DNA of 64,000 bases, taken from assembly GCA_965203485.1 (NCBI GenBank), contig OZ241892.1:3168001-3232000 (forward strand), written 5' to 3'. Both the position numbers and the translations under genes were made by a program. Positions 63,410 to 64,000 of the stretch are shown in pieces. Positions within the stretch are counted from its first letter, which is position 1. Each line of letters opens with the position of its first letter. The notes below the pieces were generated by a model. The model worked only from the letters and a program-made list of their open reading frames with translations. It was not told the DNA's origin and ran no database searches. The stretch comes from Longimicrobiales bacterium (GTDB lineage: Bacteria; Gemmatimonadota; Gemmatimonadetes; Longimicrobiales; Gaopeijiaceae).

Positions 63410-64000
63410 TCAGGGCTTGACGACGAGCTTGCCGAAGACGCCGCCCGCCTCGAGCATCTCGTGGGCCGCCCGCGTTTCTTCCAGGCTGAAGACCTGGTGG
63501 ACGGGCGGGGCCGCCACGCCGGCGAATACCCGTCCCATGGCTTCGCGAAACTCGGCGGGCGTGCCCATCGTGGAACCGAGGATGGACAGCTGGCGCCAGA
63601 AAAGGACGCGGATGTCGATCTGCCCGGTGGGGCCGGTCGTGGCGCCGAAGGAGACGAGCCGCCCGCCGACGGCCAGCGCGCGCACCAACGTCGCCCAGAT
63701 CGCCTCGCCGACCGAATCGAGGCAGAGATTGATGCCGCGCTTGCCCGAAGCCAGGTAGACCTCCTTGCTCCAGGCCCGGTCGGTGCGGTCGAACACCCGG
63801 TCCGCCCCCAGCGCCTTGACCTGCTCGATCCAGGCAGGCGACGTGAGCGCGAAGACCTCGGCCCCCGCCGCCTTCGCGAACTGGATCGCCATGGTGGAGA
63901 CGCCGCCGCTCGCACCCGTCACAAGAACGCGCTCTCCGGGGCGTAGACGACCCCGCGACATCAGTCCGCGCCAAGCCGTCACCCCGGCGAGCGCGGCGCC
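63410..64000 (-). CDS. MDR-family quinone oxidoreductase / zinc-binding dehydrogenase, partial
   Basis: TAWRGL..G.LRPGERVLVTGASGGV, GATTG, ILGSTMG, FGKLVV; 5' end outside window. Confidence 0.88.
   Translation of the reverse strand, partial: GAALAGVTAWRGLMSRGRLRPGERVLVTGASGGVSTMAIQFAKAAGAEVFALTSPAWIEQVKALGADRVFDRTDRAWSKEVYLASGKRGINLCLDSVGEAIWATLVRALAVGGRLVSFGATTGPTGQIDIRVLFWRQLSILGSTMGTPAEFREAMGRVFAGVAAPPVHQVFSLEETRAAHEMLEAGGVFGKLVVKP

Overview
High-GC bacterial chromosome segment containing the replication origin region: parB-parA, two perfect parS sites, yidC-yidD-rnpA-rpmH, dnaA-oriC-dnaN. The gene content and order suggest Gemmatimonadota, which is inference only. Housekeeping blocks include a split polysulfide-reductase-like molybdoenzyme system, lipA-pdhABC, kbl/tdh, pyrE and a sigma54 two-component locus. 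Two accessory patches (about 17.3-26.3 kb and 41.5-46.3 kb) hold decayed defence genes (HsdR tail, MAD4-like, PHP-ATPase interrupted by an IS5-family element). They also hold several copies of an apparently uncharacterised two-gene module: a lipoprotein with a C-terminal M15-type Zn peptidase followed by a 319-aa secreted helical partner. Every peptidase copy is broken while two partner copies are intact, resembling a cell-wall effector/immunity system with orphan C-terminal cassettes. Other highlights are an OsmC-like gene with an in-frame UGA at the catalytic Cys position plus a SECIS-like hairpin (probable selenoprotein), and a dnaA that appears to need a non-canonical (ATT/CTG) start codon. 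No rRNA, tRNA or CRISPR array was recognised. All family assignments are by motif recognition without database searches.
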